This document shows positions 38,949-54,012 of a stretch of 64,000 nucleotides of DNA, piece by piece. This stretch comes from Octopus bimaculoides. Its lineage: Eukaryota. The number at the start of each line of letters is the position of its first letter. The stretch's first letter is position 1. The stretch lies in NCBI RefSeq assembly GCF_001194135.2, contig NC_068983.1, forward strand, positions 107,967,490 to 108,031,489, in the 5' to 3' direction. The notes under the pieces were generated by a model. That model was not told where the DNA came from. It saw nothing but the letters and a program-made list of their open reading frames with translations, and ran no database searches. A program made the translations under genes and the position numbers.

Positions 38949-39610
38949 GTATATATGCATATGTAATTATATACATATGTAATTATATACATATACTTGT
39001 AGATACACACATATAAATGCATTAGATATACTTATATAAAAGTATATATATTTATATTATTGATACATAGATCTATACATATAATCATGTATTATATACT
39101 TTTATCCATAATCATACATATACACACATATATGTTCATGCAGATACACATTATATTCATACAGATATATACATCACACATATTAACATAGATTCTCAGT
39201 TACTCCTGCTCTCTCTCACTCCTATAATCACTTTTCTATCTCTTTTTATAGTGCATGTATGTGTTTGTGTATGTGTGTGTGTGAAAGAGAGATGGTGGGG
39301 AGGAGAGAAATTCTTGTGATTGTATGTAGATTCAATGAAGGGGATGAGTGGAAGTAATAGACAGAGAACACAGCTGGGTGACTAGATAAAGAAATAAGAT
39401 AGATTATACTATTTGCCTGGCTAAGACAAATGATATACTTTAAGATATCAATGTCATCTAATCATCTCTAGAGTTACTTCTTATATTCTAACTTTTACTG
39501 AAACTGGATAAGATTAGAGGACAGTAAAGGAAAAAAACAATAAAAAAAACAAACCAATGTGTAGTGGAGATGGCAGAGATATGTAGATGTATGTGTGTGT
39601 ATGGTTGTGG

Positions 39611-39657
<47 letters not shown>

Positions 39658-39879
39658 TGTGTGTATGTATGTATGTATGTGTGTGTGTGCATATATGTGT
39701 GTTTGTGCAGACAGAAGGCTGAAAAGTGCATTTTGCCATGAAACTCTGAATTCAATCTCACTGCACGTCATCTTGCATTAAGCATGCACACACACACATC
39801 CGCGCACACGAACACAAAAGAGGAATAACCTGAGTACAGCATGGTTAGATAATAATGTTTCTTGATTTTGTATGAGTAG

Positions 39880-40210
39880 CAAAGTAAAGACCCCCTTCAG
39901 TCATGAATGACCATGGAATTGCACCTAGAAATTTCCCCTCTGAGGCACAAGTCTGGGCAAAGTTGTTTATGGAAATCCAGCAGTCACCCATGCATACCAG
40001 CCTCCCCTCTCCATGCTACTGATGTTATCCAAGGGAAAAGCAAGGCAGATACAACTTGGTACCAGTGATGTCACAACTCATTTCTACAGCTGAGTGAACA
40101 GGAGCAATGTGAAATAAAGTGCCTTGCTCAAGAAGACAACACATCACCTAATCTGGGAATCAAACTCATTAACTCATGATTGTGAGCCCAACGAGCCATG
40201 CTCCTTCAAT
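39880..40210 (-). mobile_element. tRNA-derived SINE family E-related copy
   Basis: Central segment ctacagctgagtgaacaggagcaatgtgaaataaagtgccttgctcaag, followed by the reverse complement of a B-box (gggaatcaaactc). Confidence 0.75.
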
Positions 40211-40564
40211 GTATGATTGGTAATTTGCCAATAAAATTTTAATACTGTGTATAAGAATTTTATTTCCTCAAGGTATATGATGTATATACTTATATTTGCA
40301 GTAGTCCAAAGCAAACAGACAAATAATAAAGGACAAAATCAAAGAGTAAAATAACAAAAACGTTTGCTGGATAATTTAACAGGTTTAAAATGTCATGTAG
40401 AATTCATAATATTAGGGTTAGAATGGGATTGTTTTGGAAATAAGTGCCTAAATCTTAGTTGACAGGCAAAAACCTGGGTTAGTTCAGTTTAGAAAACAAA
40501 AGGAAACTCAGAGGATTGCTGAAGTTGGATAATTATGACCACAATGATGAAGACATTTTAAATT

Positions 40565-40635
40565 TATTCCCACAATATACATATGATGAGGATGTTCATC
40601 ATGATAATCCTCATCATATGCACGTTGTGGGAATA
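40565..40635. ncRNA. pre-miRNA-like hairpin (candidate)
   Basis: 29-bp stem (40565-40593 with 40607-40635, three transitions), 13-nt loop, 71 nt in total. Confidence 0.35.
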
Positions 40636-41087
40636 GAAGAAGCCAAGACACAAAAGAAAGAGTTCTCTATCAAAAAGCTCAATGCATATTTTTAATAGAA
40701 TTTTTGAAGATAGAATGCATATGACGATTAATTCTGAACTGACAGAAATGTTAGAATACAGGGCAAAATGCCTGCAATATTTAGATGCAGTATTTCTAAC
40801 ATCCTTCTCAGGTTAACATAAACTATATCCCCCCTACACACAAAAAAAAAACCAAGGGAAGTTTGATTGAATATTCCAATAAAATACCCTATATGTGAAT
40901 GGAATTATAACAGAAGTATGTAGAGAGAGCTATACAAACTGGAAAACAAACTGAAATTGCATTCAGCTGTTAAAGAGTCATGTAGAAAGTGAAGAAAGAA
41001 AATTCAAAACAAACATCATTCCTTTTGAAGTATTTCCAAAGCAATAAATCTGTCTAACCTATTATGTCTGTGAGGAAAGCAGATATG

Positions 41088-41174
<87 letters not shown>

Positions 41175-42529
41175 GTACATATAGTTTATAATTCTGCCTA
41201 TAACATTTATTTATTTAAATATTCAAGGGTGCTGGATAGCCAGAGTGGTTAACACATCAGCTAAAACGCTTTGTGGTATTTGTTCTGGCATTTTATCTTT
41301 TTAGGTTCAAATTCTGCTGAGACCAACCTTGCCTTTCATACCTTCAGTATTGAAAAAATAAAGTCCTAATCAAGTACTAGGGTCGATGGCATCAATTAAA
41401 ACCCTCCTCTTAAAACTGCTAGCCTGGTAATAATTTAAGAAGAATCACTTAAATTTCCTTCTTGCCCTTACAGTTTCATAGCATAATAATCAAAACTTAT
41501 GACCTCTCATAGTTGACTCCTATTCTGTTGCAATGGTTTGATTACATTTCATACTTTGTATAATGATGTTGCTTTAGCATGTCTAAAGGTGAATCGTTAA
41601 TATACAAAGCTACAGTGACAGGCAATTTCCTAAATCATACATTGGCATCTATGAAGGCATCTTCCAGGAATGATACTAGAATCAAGGTCAATATTGTGAC
41701 AGATAGATGAAAGAAATAGCACAGACTTATCAAACTATATATGGCATTTCAAACATAACAATAATAGTAATTTTAACATCACCTAGTTTACACAATACAT
41801 CTGCAACAAATGCAACTTCTGCTAAAATTTCTATGGCCTGTGTAATAATGGTAAAAAAAAGACTTCAAACACACTAAATGTTCTAACCCATTAGATATAA
41901 GTCCAAGATTAATTTCAAAATAGATAACTCATCAAATTTCAACCGAACCATTGAGGCACACTAAAAGCCAGAACCCTGAGAATATCATCTGGTACAGAAG
42001 ACAAATTAGCTAATCAGTGATGATAGAACAGTATATAGAACTATGTGCACATGTTAATGCATGTGTTTGTATTTGTATGTGTATATTTGTGCCTGTGTAG
42101 ATGCTGATAAATTGGAATGTATGTTTACATTTAGTTATGTCCATGTGTTTCTTTGTATATGAACATGAGTGTGTACCAAATGAATATACAACTCGTACAT
42201 TTTATATAATCAGGTGTAAAAATAATGTCTATATATTCATAAGTATATACACAATAGTAGAAAAATATATGTATACAACAGGTGCTGGTACGGTTGCATA
42301 TATATGTGTGTGTGTAATTGTATTTGTGTATGTGTTTTTTCACATTTGCACTTCTACAAAAAGCACACGCTACAAGCTGTGATGTTATCACTTCTTCTGC
42401 CAATAATTCATCCTCTGCCTTTGTGCCTTGTAAAACAGGCAAACGTTAGCAACAGGGATGGTATCGAGCTGGGAAACAATAGCTGAATAATATATTCATC
42501 TAATCCATGCTAGCATGGGAAAGAAAGGA

Positions 42530-42562
<33 letters not shown>

Positions 42563-44707
42563 CATACACACACACACACACACNNNNNNNNNNCACACAT
42601 GTATATACATGCATATATATATATTTTGTTTTGACTTTTTTTTATTATATAATCATACAGTTCACTCAATTGCCTGTATTTCCTTTCTTGAATACTTATG
42701 TCAGCCCACTTCAGTTAGTTTTGTATTGAGTATAAGTTTGGGGATTGTAATGTCTAATACAGCATTCACGTTTTATTGCATTTGGTGAATTCCTTGATTA
42801 TTTCTGTGGCCAACCCAAATTACTCTTGGTTTATGGATGCATAATCTCCTCCAAGATCCCCAGATTTAGTTTCACTGTTCATGATGCCCATGATCTGAAG
42901 CTGGAGAACTGATCTTCTTTTCCAGAAAAGCAGTCTCAAATTAGTCACGTGTAATACTTTAGGTTTAGAAGCTACATTCATCTACAGAATGAAGTTATGA
43001 TATTGAATAGTAGTACCATTAAATAGTATTAATCAGCATGTAAAATGCATAAAACATTATAACTGTATTAGCATAACGCTATCACATTTCCCAGAAATAA
43101 ATTGGTTTAATTCCTCTTGATATTTTAGAACTACATTTAACACCATTTTCATTGTTTGTTCCTGTATGAAGTGTCAAATCACACATCTGATAACTATAAT
43201 CTGAGTTATCATTCAAATGTTGAGGAACTGATCTAGCATTTCGTTCACTATCTGAGATTTTGTGTCATTGTTTATTTTGCTTCATGAACTAATATATCCT
43301 GTTCACTCTTACAAATCATAGCTATATTGCCTGCATGAGATATAAATCTAGCTTGGTATGGTTCACAATTTCTTCTGCATCAATACCAAACTGAAGCAGC
43401 ATTTTCATAAGAAATTGTTATTGATGATTATATTTGCCTGTAATCAGAACAAACTAAGTAGTTTTCTGAGTGAGGTATTATGCAACAAATCAAACAATAT
43501 TAGAATCTTTATTTGGTGGGTATGCTTTTAAACTCTTGCTGACACATGTAGTTATTTTGTCAACAATTCCATTTGATTCTGGATAGAATTGAAGCATTTT
43601 CACAAGTTTGCATCCATTCTTATCAACTATGTATGGAAGTCATTAAAACAGATTTCACAGATACTAATAATAATTTTGGAAACTGTTTCTAGAAAACACA
43701 GCTCATAATATCAACTTAACTGTTTCTGATAGTTTATTCATAGCTCTTATTACTTCTGGCAACCCAGAGTATGCAGCAGTGTTAAGAACATTTTAATTTC
43801 TTGACATATGTATGATCCATATGCACACAAATCAATGCTTTAATTTCATTATGCTGCCTGTGCACAGTAAGTTAATTCTAGCTGTATTCTGGCATATGTT
43901 GGACATTTTATTGCAAATTGTTCCATGGCTTCATATTAACCAGGCCATTATGATTCTAATTCTAACCAATTCTTTGTTGCTGTTGAGCTACAACAGATGT
44001 CATCATGCACAGCTTTTGTCATTAATGATCCCAAACAGGCTGGTAGAACAAACAATTAATTTCCAATTAAAAGGATGCTAATGTATTTTTAAATGACTTA
44101 AATGGCCTTTCAACAAGATGATTGCTGCAATTATTATTAAAATTCCTTTTTAATATACCAAGTAAAATATCATTATCATTATTCTCTGTTTATATAAAAT
44201 TTTGTTTAATGAAATCAGTTTCTACAAGATGGTTGAAAAGAAACATTATCATCCTGATCTCAATTGTCTTTATTAATATTAATTATAAATTCCAATTATG
44301 ATAATGCAATGACATGTGACATTGCAGATTCCTTTGAGTAATATATTTAATAATCAAATGCTATCATTTGCAAGGTCCATCTTCAGATATGCACAAATCT
44401 TACTTGCAGTGGACTACAATTTTTGCTAAAAGTAAATTCTTTTCATTTATGATCTAAGACTGAAAGTCAGAAATATTATGCTGTTAAAGTACACCATTAA
44501 GGCTTCTCTTTCAAAAGCTAAGTAAATTTTTACAGCTTTGATTAATGCAATTGACTAATAATATAGTAGAGGACGCTGCCTTGTGAAATTCTTTAAAGTA
44601 TAGACTTTTTACTTGTATCAGTCATTAAAATAAACATTGTCTTTTCCCTTTTTTTTTTTTGTGACATCATGAATCTAGACTGCTGGCATTGATTTTTATG
44701 TGCTCAG

Positions 44708-44780
44708 ATACATTCCATGGTTGGACTTCCCATGAAACTGGGACACTGCATTTACAAAATGATGCAAGCAGCAATACGCG
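44708..44780 (+). CDS. candidate 73-nt internal exon, product unknown
   Basis: Acceptor tttttatgtgctcag|A and donor GCG|gtatga. Two frames are open (IHSMVGLPMKLGHCIYKMMQAAIR or TFHGWTSHETGTLHLQNDASSNT). Confidence 0.25.
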
Positions 44781-45549
44781 GTATGAATGATGATCAATAC
44801 ATCATCATAACAGAAAATGACAAGCCTAAAAAAAGATTCTAATTGTTTCTAATACTTTGGTGGTTTCACATTTGTACTTTACGTTACTAAATGATGATCT
44901 GGTGATATCCCCTCCTTTGTCTGTCTACGACCAAAAATAGAAATAGAAAGTGAGGGTGATCTCCACATTGTCACTGTTTCATATGTAAACAGAAATAAAC
45001 ATAAATCTAATGATATGCATTTCTTGAATTCATGACAATTACAAGACTGGCTGTTTCTTTCTTTTTTTAGGAATTCATCCCCTACATACACGTGTGTGTG
45101 TGTGTATGTGTGTGTGTGTACATACAGGCATACATATGTTTTACATGCTAGCCATGCAGAATATTGCAAACATGGGATTTGGGGGTGATAGAAGGGAACC
45201 TTGAGTGTATAGGTCACATAATCGTTTTAAGAATATTTTTTTTTTTTTTGCATATTGAGAGCTCATTCTGGAGGGTGTATAAGTGAACCTTGTCTAATAT
45301 TGATTTCAAATTTTGGCATAAGGCCAACAATTTCGGGGCCAAAGGTAAGGTAATTGCATCGACCCCCAGTACTCATCTGGTATGTACTTTATAGACACTG
45401 AAAAGAATGAAAGGTAGAGTCAACCATGACAGAATTTGAACTCAGGACGTGAAAATGAATGAAATGATACTAAGCAATTTTCCCTGTGTGCTAACAATTC
45501 TGCTAGCTCACCGCTTTAACCTCATCTAATGTTACTATGTAATATTGCT

Positions 45550-46900
45550 TGTCTAATAATATGCCTATGGGTTTCATTAAAGGAACACTAGTGAAGAGGC
45601 TCTTGACATCAGTAGTTGAAATACTACCGACATCGCCACTTTCCAGTAAGATTTTTATGAACTTGCCAATATATCACATGGACGTATATTTCTTTATATG
45701 TTCTCGTTATTTAATGATTCTAAGAGCTGGGAGATTGCAAGTTGGAAGGAGTTATTCTGTTTGTATATCTCTATGTTTCCACAAATGTATGCTAGGCTAA
45801 TATATATCATCTGAGTATTGGAAAGAAATAGCTCCAATTTCTGTATTTACAACACTGATTAATTTATTTAATTTAATTTCTAATTGTGCAATGTAGTCTT
45901 TCTTGATTTTGATGAAATTATCATTGTAATATTAAATATTATTAATTTTTATATATTTATTATACATTTAGTACAATTTATATTAATTTTTTGAAATGTT
46001 TCTACATTTGTTCACATCAGAAATAAAATTGTTCTTATCATTTTTACATTTTATAACTTCATTGTTAATTTTCAGATCTTGCAGAGCTAGTTTAAAATTC
46101 TTTATGAATGTTTTTATTGTTATCTTTATCTCTCTGTTGATTTCCTTCAAATCTGAATAAGTCACGCAGTTGTTCATTAATTTTTATTGCACCTCTATCA
46201 CTAGGAGTCTTGCAAGACAGCTAGAGCAATTAAAGTACAACTTTCTCTTTTGGTGATAGTTTCAACTGAGGCGGAATTTTGTGAAGAAAATGAGGAGGAA
46301 GAAATTTGTCTTCAAGTGCAAGCAGCACTTTCTATTTTATTGTTATAACGATAGCTAAGCTTCCATATGCTGTTATTTCTCATTTGATGGAAAATCAAAA
46401 TCTTACATTACAGGTAGCCACAAAATTTCATTTTGTGAAGGTTTGTTATCTAAAGATTTTGTGTTTTTATGTTGTATTTAGTTGAAGGATTTCTATTGAT
46501 AATTTTCCTGCATCTGGTATTGCTGCTGGATTTGATATTCAATTGGCTTTCATTTTTATTGCTTCATTGTACAAACATATATTTATATACATAGGTGACA
46601 GATTTTCCTTCAAGTGTGCTATACTGAAGGCACAAATGTATAAGAATTTAATCAGTTATGTTGAAGACTTTTCTAACTTAGTCCTTTAGATTTCAATTGT
46701 AATACTATTCCTAAGGCTAGTAATGTTTCAAGCCCTTCTAAGCTTGACTAAAATCATGATAGTAGTGCACTGATGTGGCATTTTGTAACTGATGGCAATG
46801 GGCTGTGGGAATTATGTTATATTTGATAAATCATCATTGCTTGACTTAACATTATTCAATGGTTAGCTTCTGGGTACATCTATAGGTTTCCTTCATGTGT
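45550..46900 (-). mobile_element. highly degraded Penelope-like element (N-terminal region to RT motif)
   Basis: TDVKSLFTSVPL (Penelope RT motif, 45578-45610), ALQDLKINNEVIKCKNDK (resembles L.KDKDIVI.K.DKG) and LSPKEK..L. The upstream boundary is uncertain. Confidence 0.6.
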
Positions 46901-47210
46901 GTTACATTTTTGTTAATTTTGGGTTTGTATTTTGCTATTAATAAGGCTTCCATAGTTACATTTCTAATTTATTGTGTACTTTTACATAGGATAGTAATGC
47001 TAGCAACTAATATTTCTTGTATTTTTTTATCTCATCTTCTGTATTCCTATAAGTGCACTTTGTTGTGTAGTCATATAAGTATTTGTGAGTATCAAAAGCA
47101 AATATATATATTAATGTTTCTTTTTATGTTCAGTTATAAAAAAAACAAAACATTTTACATTAATCTGATGGGTTACTCTGTACTTTTGTGGAGCACAAAA
47201 TTACTATTCT

Positions 47211-47327
47211 TATAAAAGAATGTTGACAGTGACTTCGAAATTTGAGCCAGTTAAGCCATCGTCAGTAGTCCAAAAATGGCTTAGCTGGCTAAAATTTTAA
47301 AGTCACTATCAACAACATTCTTGTATG
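47211..47327. repeat. imperfect palindrome with arms of about 50 bp and a 16-nt spacer
   Basis: aagaatgttgacagtgacttcgaaatttgagccagttaagccat pairs with atggcttagctggctaaaattttaaagtcactatcaacaacattctt. Confidence 0.8.
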
Positions 47328-48659
47328 AGAATAATATATATATATATATATATATACTCTCTCTGAGTGGTTGGCGTTAGGAAGGGCATCCAGCTGTAGA
47401 AACTCTGCCAAATTAGATTGGAGCCTGGTGTAGCCATCTGGTTGCACCAGTCCTCAGTCAAATCGTCCAACCCATGCTAGCATGGAAAGCGGACGTTAAA
47501 NNNNNNNNNNNNNNNNNNNNNNNNNNNNNNNNNNNNNNNNNNNNNNNNNNNNNNNNNNNNNNNNNNNNNNNNNNNNNNNNNNNNNNNNNNNNNNNNNNNN
47601 NNNNNNNNNNNNNNNNNNNNNNNNNNNNNNNNNNNNNNNNNNNNNNNNNNNNNNNNNNNNNNNNNNNNNNNNNNNNNNNNNNNNNNNNNNNNNNNNNNNN
47701 NNNNNNNNNNNNNNNNNNNNNNNNNNNNNNNNNNNNNNNNNNNNNNNNNNNNNNNNNNNNNNNNNNNNNNNNNNNNNNNNNNNNNNNNNNNNNNNNNNNN
47801 NNNNNNNNNNNNNNNNNNNNNNNNNNNNNNNNNNNNNNNNNNNNNNNNNNNNNNNNNNNNNNNNNNNNNNNNNNNNNNNNNNNNNNNNNNNNNNNNNNNN
47901 NNNNNNNNNNNNNNNNNNNNNNNNNNNNNNNNNNNNNNNNNNNNNNNNNNNNNNNNNNNNNNNNTATATATATATATATAGTGAAGAATTTGTACAAAAT
48001 GTATAAATGGATGATGAATAAAGCACCAGCACAGTCTCGATTACCTGTTGTTAGCCATAGATTTACTGCAGGAACTTTGTAGTGAGTGTGTGTGTGTGTG
48101 TGTGTGCACACTCACATGTGTACATGTATTTAGACAGCCTTTCCCTTTGAAATATACAGAAAGCATAAAATAACCCCAATTTTTATCAAGAGTTAAGAAG
48201 TGGGAGACAAGCTTTGCAGCAAAAATAATGATGCATTTTCTGGTTTCCAATTAGAATCTTCTGGTAGACTTTGTAACTAATTCCAATCATATGAAAGAGA
48301 GAAGGATTGCACAGTGCTAGTCTTCATGGATCAGTTCACAAAATTTCTCACATTTTCTGGCATTTTACTCATGATTGACCACCTAGAACACCCATCTTCT
48401 GTTGGCACTCAACCGACCTTGAGAAATGCACGACTCAAGAACCTGTGTCTGACCTGAAGAATGTTCATCAAAAATGGACTTTGAAGGTCTCAGATGTAAT
48501 GTTAAGCTTCATGCAAAATTTGAGAGAAGGATACTGCTCAAATCTGTCAGCCATTGCAAATCACAGAGCCATTCTAACATAACAGAAACAAGAAGAAAGA
48601 AAAAAAAACACATGAAAACTGATTATGAGAAGACACCGTTTAGATGGGTTTCACCTGTA

Positions 48660-49920
48660 TTTTATAGATCCAACCTGTGGCAGTTTGTTGGTTATGATGA
48701 TCAATGGAACAGCTTGCTCATGAAATTAACATGCAAGTGGTTGAACGCTCCACAAACATGCACACCCTTAAGGTTGTTTTCAGGGAAATTCAGCATGACA
48801 CAGAATGTGACAAGGCTGGTCCTTTGAAATACAGGTGCTACTCATTTTTGTCAGCTGAATGGACTGGAGCAAAGTGAAATAAAGTGTCTTGCTTAAAGAC
48901 ACAATGTGCTGCCAGGAATTGAACTCACGACCTTACAATCATGAGCTGAATGCCCTAATCACTAAGCCTTCACAACATATACATTAACACACACACACGT
49001 TTACTATTATAGCATCGGGTTTTGTATTCTATCCATTGTTTCTACAATGTTACTGTGGCTACATGATGTACATCTTAAAAACAGAAAGATTCAGTCATTA
49101 TACGGGCCATGACATTTTTCTACATTTCTTATACCTGCTACATTTATGTCACACTGCTTTGCATGTTAAAATCCTCTCCATTTTGAACTTGGTTGAATTT
49201 ATTAATTTTCATTTCTAGAGAAATCATATTTCTAGAGTGAAATCATCTTTCAAATAGTAATTTGAAACTCAATTATTTCATATCAAAAATATTTAACAAA
49301 ATATTAAAAAAATAATTTTAACGCAAGCATTAGTTTTTAGTGTGGCCTAACTCACTTATCCTTATCAAAGACTTGAAATGAAAGCATAATGGAAGGAAAA
49401 TGAAAATCTACAGCAGAAACAATAAAGAAGTACTCATATGCATCAACTAAAACATGAAAAAGAAAAAGGAAAAAATGTCAAACAAGACCAGCACTATGCT
49501 AGAGTATACACAGTGAACCAACATGACAGTCCAATGATAATTCTGCTGGTAATCCAATTGTGTAAGAACCTCAAGAATCATATATATATATGAGGAGCAC
49601 TCCGGCAGTTACGACGATGAGGGTCCCAGCTGATACAATCAACGGAACAGCCTGCTCATGAAATTAACATGCAAGTGACTGAGCAATTTACAGACACATG
49701 TATCCCTAACGTAGTTCTCAGGGAGACTCAGCATGACACAGAGTGTGACAAGGCTGGCCATTTGAAATACAGGTACTACTCATGTTTGCCAGCTGAGTGG
49801 ACTGGAGCAATGTGAAATAAAGTGTCTTGCTCAAGGACACAACACGTCGCCAGGAATCGAACTCATGACCTTATGATCATGAGCCAAATGCCCTAACCAC
49901 TAAGCCATGCACCTTTACAC
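48660..49920 (-). mobile_element. two SINE family E copies (about 48660-48975 and 49590-49920)
   Basis: Both carry gagtggactggagcaatgtgaaataaagtgtcttgctcaaggacacaac and ggaatcgaactc. An opposite-orientation fragment lies at 55278-55480. Confidence 0.8.
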
Positions 49921-52900
49921 ACACATATATATATACATACATATGAATATGTATATCTATATATATATATGAACACACTCACATACACATATATAATATA
50001 TACATGCACAAACATTTGATTAATCATTAATTTTATTACAACTATCAACATCACCATCTCTTTAAACCATCAGGTAATTCTACTAATCTACCCTCATTCA
50101 ATAGACATTGAGATAACAATGGAGATTTGGATAATTTCAAATAATTCTTTGAGTTATTTATGACATATTTATATTTATTTGTATGCAGAGTATATTTTTT
50201 TAATCTTTCAAATAGCGAAAACTCCATTTATATATATATATATATACATATATAATAAATATATTTATGTATGTATGTATATACACATATATGTAGAGAA
50301 NNNNNNNNNNTGTTATCAGTTTAATCAGGGAAAGGCACTCTCCTTAATATTCCTTTTAATATAAATATGCATTTATTCACTAGTTAAAACATTTACTTTG
50401 ATAGCGCAAGCTTATCTATTTTTGACATTAATTTTACGATTGCAAATATCAGCAACAAATGAAATGATTGCACTTTCTCCTGTTTCATCATTATATTCAA
50501 TTATATATATATGTGCGTGTGTGTGTGTGTTGATCTGCATAGGCACATACACAGAAATGTGCATGTGTATATAGATAGATAGATAGATAGATAGAGCACA
50601 ACAGAGAGAGGGAAGGGGAGAAAGAGAGAGATAGGTAGTGATGGAAACAAATGTAAGTAGGTTTCACATACACACATATATATATGCATGAGTGTGTGTA
50701 TGTGTGTATATATATATATTTATATATATATATATATACATATATAATAAATATATTTATGTATGTATGTATATACACATATATGTAGAGAATTCAAATT
50801 GTATGTTGGGCTATATTTATGACGGATAGTGTGAATTGGGCAGGGTGAAGTACGGAAAGAAGTTAAAGTAGAGAAACATTGAAATTGACAAACGATGCCT
50901 GGGGTATTTGCAAAAATATCAGAAGTTACATACATGTTGATGGCTGCTGAAACATGACACAAGCTTACCTTATACACTCACACACACATGCAATATTGTG
51001 TCAGTCACGCCCACACTCACACACATACTCACATGCATGCATGTTTAGGTATATATGCTTGTATGTATGTATGTGTACATATATCTTTTTTGAATCATTA
51101 TATTCACATGAGAAAATAATCAAAAACACTATGTACACTGATTGGCAGTTGATTGGATATCCAGCCTTAGAAAACATTGAAAATGGAATGTATAAGTGAG
51201 ATATAGGTAGCAAAACTTCTCAGAAGACAGTGACTCTGAAGAGGAGCTGGGTCCATTCATAACAACTTACCTATATAAAAGCTGACATAAAAACAAGTGT
51301 GTATTACACTCCTGTTCATTACAGTAGTAATATCTACACAGCACTGATCAACTTGGTATGTAAATTCTGCTAAAATAGCACACATCTATTAATATAAATA
51401 AATTAAGAATTTATGGTATTTGATGCCTCTCTTTTTTATTGTTAACATTATTGTCTATTTTAAGGCAGTGAGCTGGCAAAACTGGTAGCATGCTGGGTAA
51501 AATGCTTAGCAGCATTTTGTTTGTCCATATGTTTCAAGTTCAAATTCTGCTGAGGCCAAACTTGCCTTTCATCCTTTTGGGCTCAATAAAGTAAGTACTA
51601 GTTGAACACTGGGGATGATGTAATTGATTTACCCACAACCCTGAAATTTTTGGCCTTGTGCCAAAATGTGAAACAAATGTTATTGTATATACTTATATTT
51701 ATATATATTGTACACACAAATGAAAGAGGCCATAGAATTTCTGTCACACTTTGGATCTTAGTCAGAGATCCAAATTGTATTTGTTTCCTGAAACTTAGGT
51801 GCAGCGTCACTCACATACATCGTGTAGAGTAGATCAGGATTTAGAAACTAACAACCTATCAGTTGAAAGCTTGTTACACTATCAACTTGACCAACTATAG
51901 TTCTTGTGTTCTGTGTTCCCCTGCCTTAAAATGCATTTTCCATATGGAATGTAATTACAACTAGGCTATCACTACTAGGTATGATTTTGCTTAAAAAATA
52001 CAAAGCAATTCCTAGTGTATTCTTCTTCTGGGGAGAATGTTTGGAATACTTCCATGAAAATAAAGAGCATAGAAAATTGAGGAATATTTATGTGCCTGCT
52101 TAAAAGTGAAAGAAATAATTTTTCATCAACTGAACAAGAAGCTGGTGAATAACTGACATTTCAAGCAATTTTCTAGCTCTTCCACAAGAATGGTAATTAC
52201 TTATAAATATTCACAGGGAAAGAAACAAAAAATAATGAAATCAAAATAAAATTTGAGTGCTTTTTATTATAGATTTTAAGCCCTGCAGTCAAAATTGCAA
52301 TATAACTGAACAATTGTCACACATATGCAAATGGATATAGATTTAGGATAGATACATTGAATTAATGGAATATAGAAAAACTCACTCACCAAAATAATAA
52401 TAAAAAGAAAACAACCTTATTTTAATCAGTGAATTTGCCTCTTTTGTATACATATTTTTGATTGAACTATGAAAAGGCTGATGCATAATTGAAAAACAGA
52501 ATGAGTCCATTATGCATGGGTTTGTGTGTATGTCTGTACATGTTTGTGAGGGTATAATAGTGTGTATGTAGTGTTGTGTGCATGTGTCTGTGTGTGTTTG
52601 TTTTATAAATTATTAACTGGTAATTACATAGGAGTAAAAATGGAAATTATCTGCTGTTGTGTTCAGGAATGAAATGTACAGTATTTTCTTACTGGAAACT
52701 CACTTGAAAAAGATACATTAGATGGATAGTCTAAATGATAGTATTAATGGCTAAAAATCAATTGTGGTTGGCCAGCTACAGAAAAGGTGTCCTTACAGAT
52801 AACAAATAGATTCTATCTGTAAGTAAAAGGTACACTTCACATTAAAACGAGAGTTTAGCACATCAATTTTATGAGGGTGGTGGCTTTCTTCCAAAAGTAA

Positions 52901-53567
52901 AAAGCAACATTTTTTTTTAAAACAGAAAGTAGTAGACATAATTTATGTTTAAAATGCTATATTTCTTTACACCTGCTAACTGAAGATATTGTAAAGAGTT
53001 TGCTGTCTTCCAAGAAAACAGATATGATGATTCATTAAGGGAATGAGGGTGATGCTGCTATATATATATATATATACACACACACATGTATATATATATA
53101 AACATATACATGTGTGCACATATATATATATATACATATATATATATAAATGTATATACACACACAGACAGACATACACGTATACACTTATATATACATA
53201 TCTGCACATATATACATACAAATATGTATACCCATATATACATAAACATGCAATACACACACACATATGTATATATGCATTTGCATGTATATGAATGCGC
53301 ATACATTTTAATTTGGCATCCTTGATTTGGGGTACCGAACTAAATCTGTCATCTTATTTATTAGAAAACCTAGTCTACGATTTTCTTTAGCAGAAACTAT
53401 CCATTCTGTTGCAAGCATTTGAGCCAGGTTTCTGATGTATGTTAATTTCCCACTTCCTCCCACTAATCACAGAGGCCCTAAAAAGGCTTGTTACTGCTTC
53501 CTCTTCTTTAATCGGATGGAAACTTTCAATTCAAAAATTCTGTCTCTCATCCCATATATATATATTG

Positions 53568-53626
<59 letters not shown>

Positions 53627-53978
53627 ATGTGTGAAATGTGTGTGTGTGTGGAGTGGGGGGTCAGCATACATATAAGTATAAAGAGGAGCAAAGAATAGAA
53701 TACTTAATATTGAAAGTAGAGAGATATATATACAGGAAACTGAAAAATTTCAAATAGTTGTTTTGAGATTTTCATTGCAGATATTGAGAAAATTGTGGAA
53801 AATGAATATAACGTTTAATGATCAGAAAGTAAATATGTTTGAAGATTATTGTGATCACAGGTTGACTTACATGGAATAATTAAGAGCATTATCTATTAAT
53901 GAAGTAACAGTGGTACTAATTTATGCCAAAAACTGTGGCAGAGTGGCAAACACAAATAAAATGCACACACACACACAA

Positions 53979-54012
<34 letters not shown>

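Noticed and set aside
42780-44600. Possible very old LINE RT on the minus strand
   Set aside because: Only vague motif echoes (SLFGIIND, HDDI) are present, with too many stops to support a call by eye.
50225-50790. Duplicated low-complexity segment of about 75 bp (50225-50300 and about 50715-50790)
   Set aside because: It sits next to a 10-N gap and is likely a scaffolding or haplotype artefact.
52979-53025. CTGAAGA...GAAAAC and other CTGANGA hits (7056, 25608, 34198, 51231)
   Set aside because: None has correct stem I and stem II pairing with GAAA, so they are not hammerheads.
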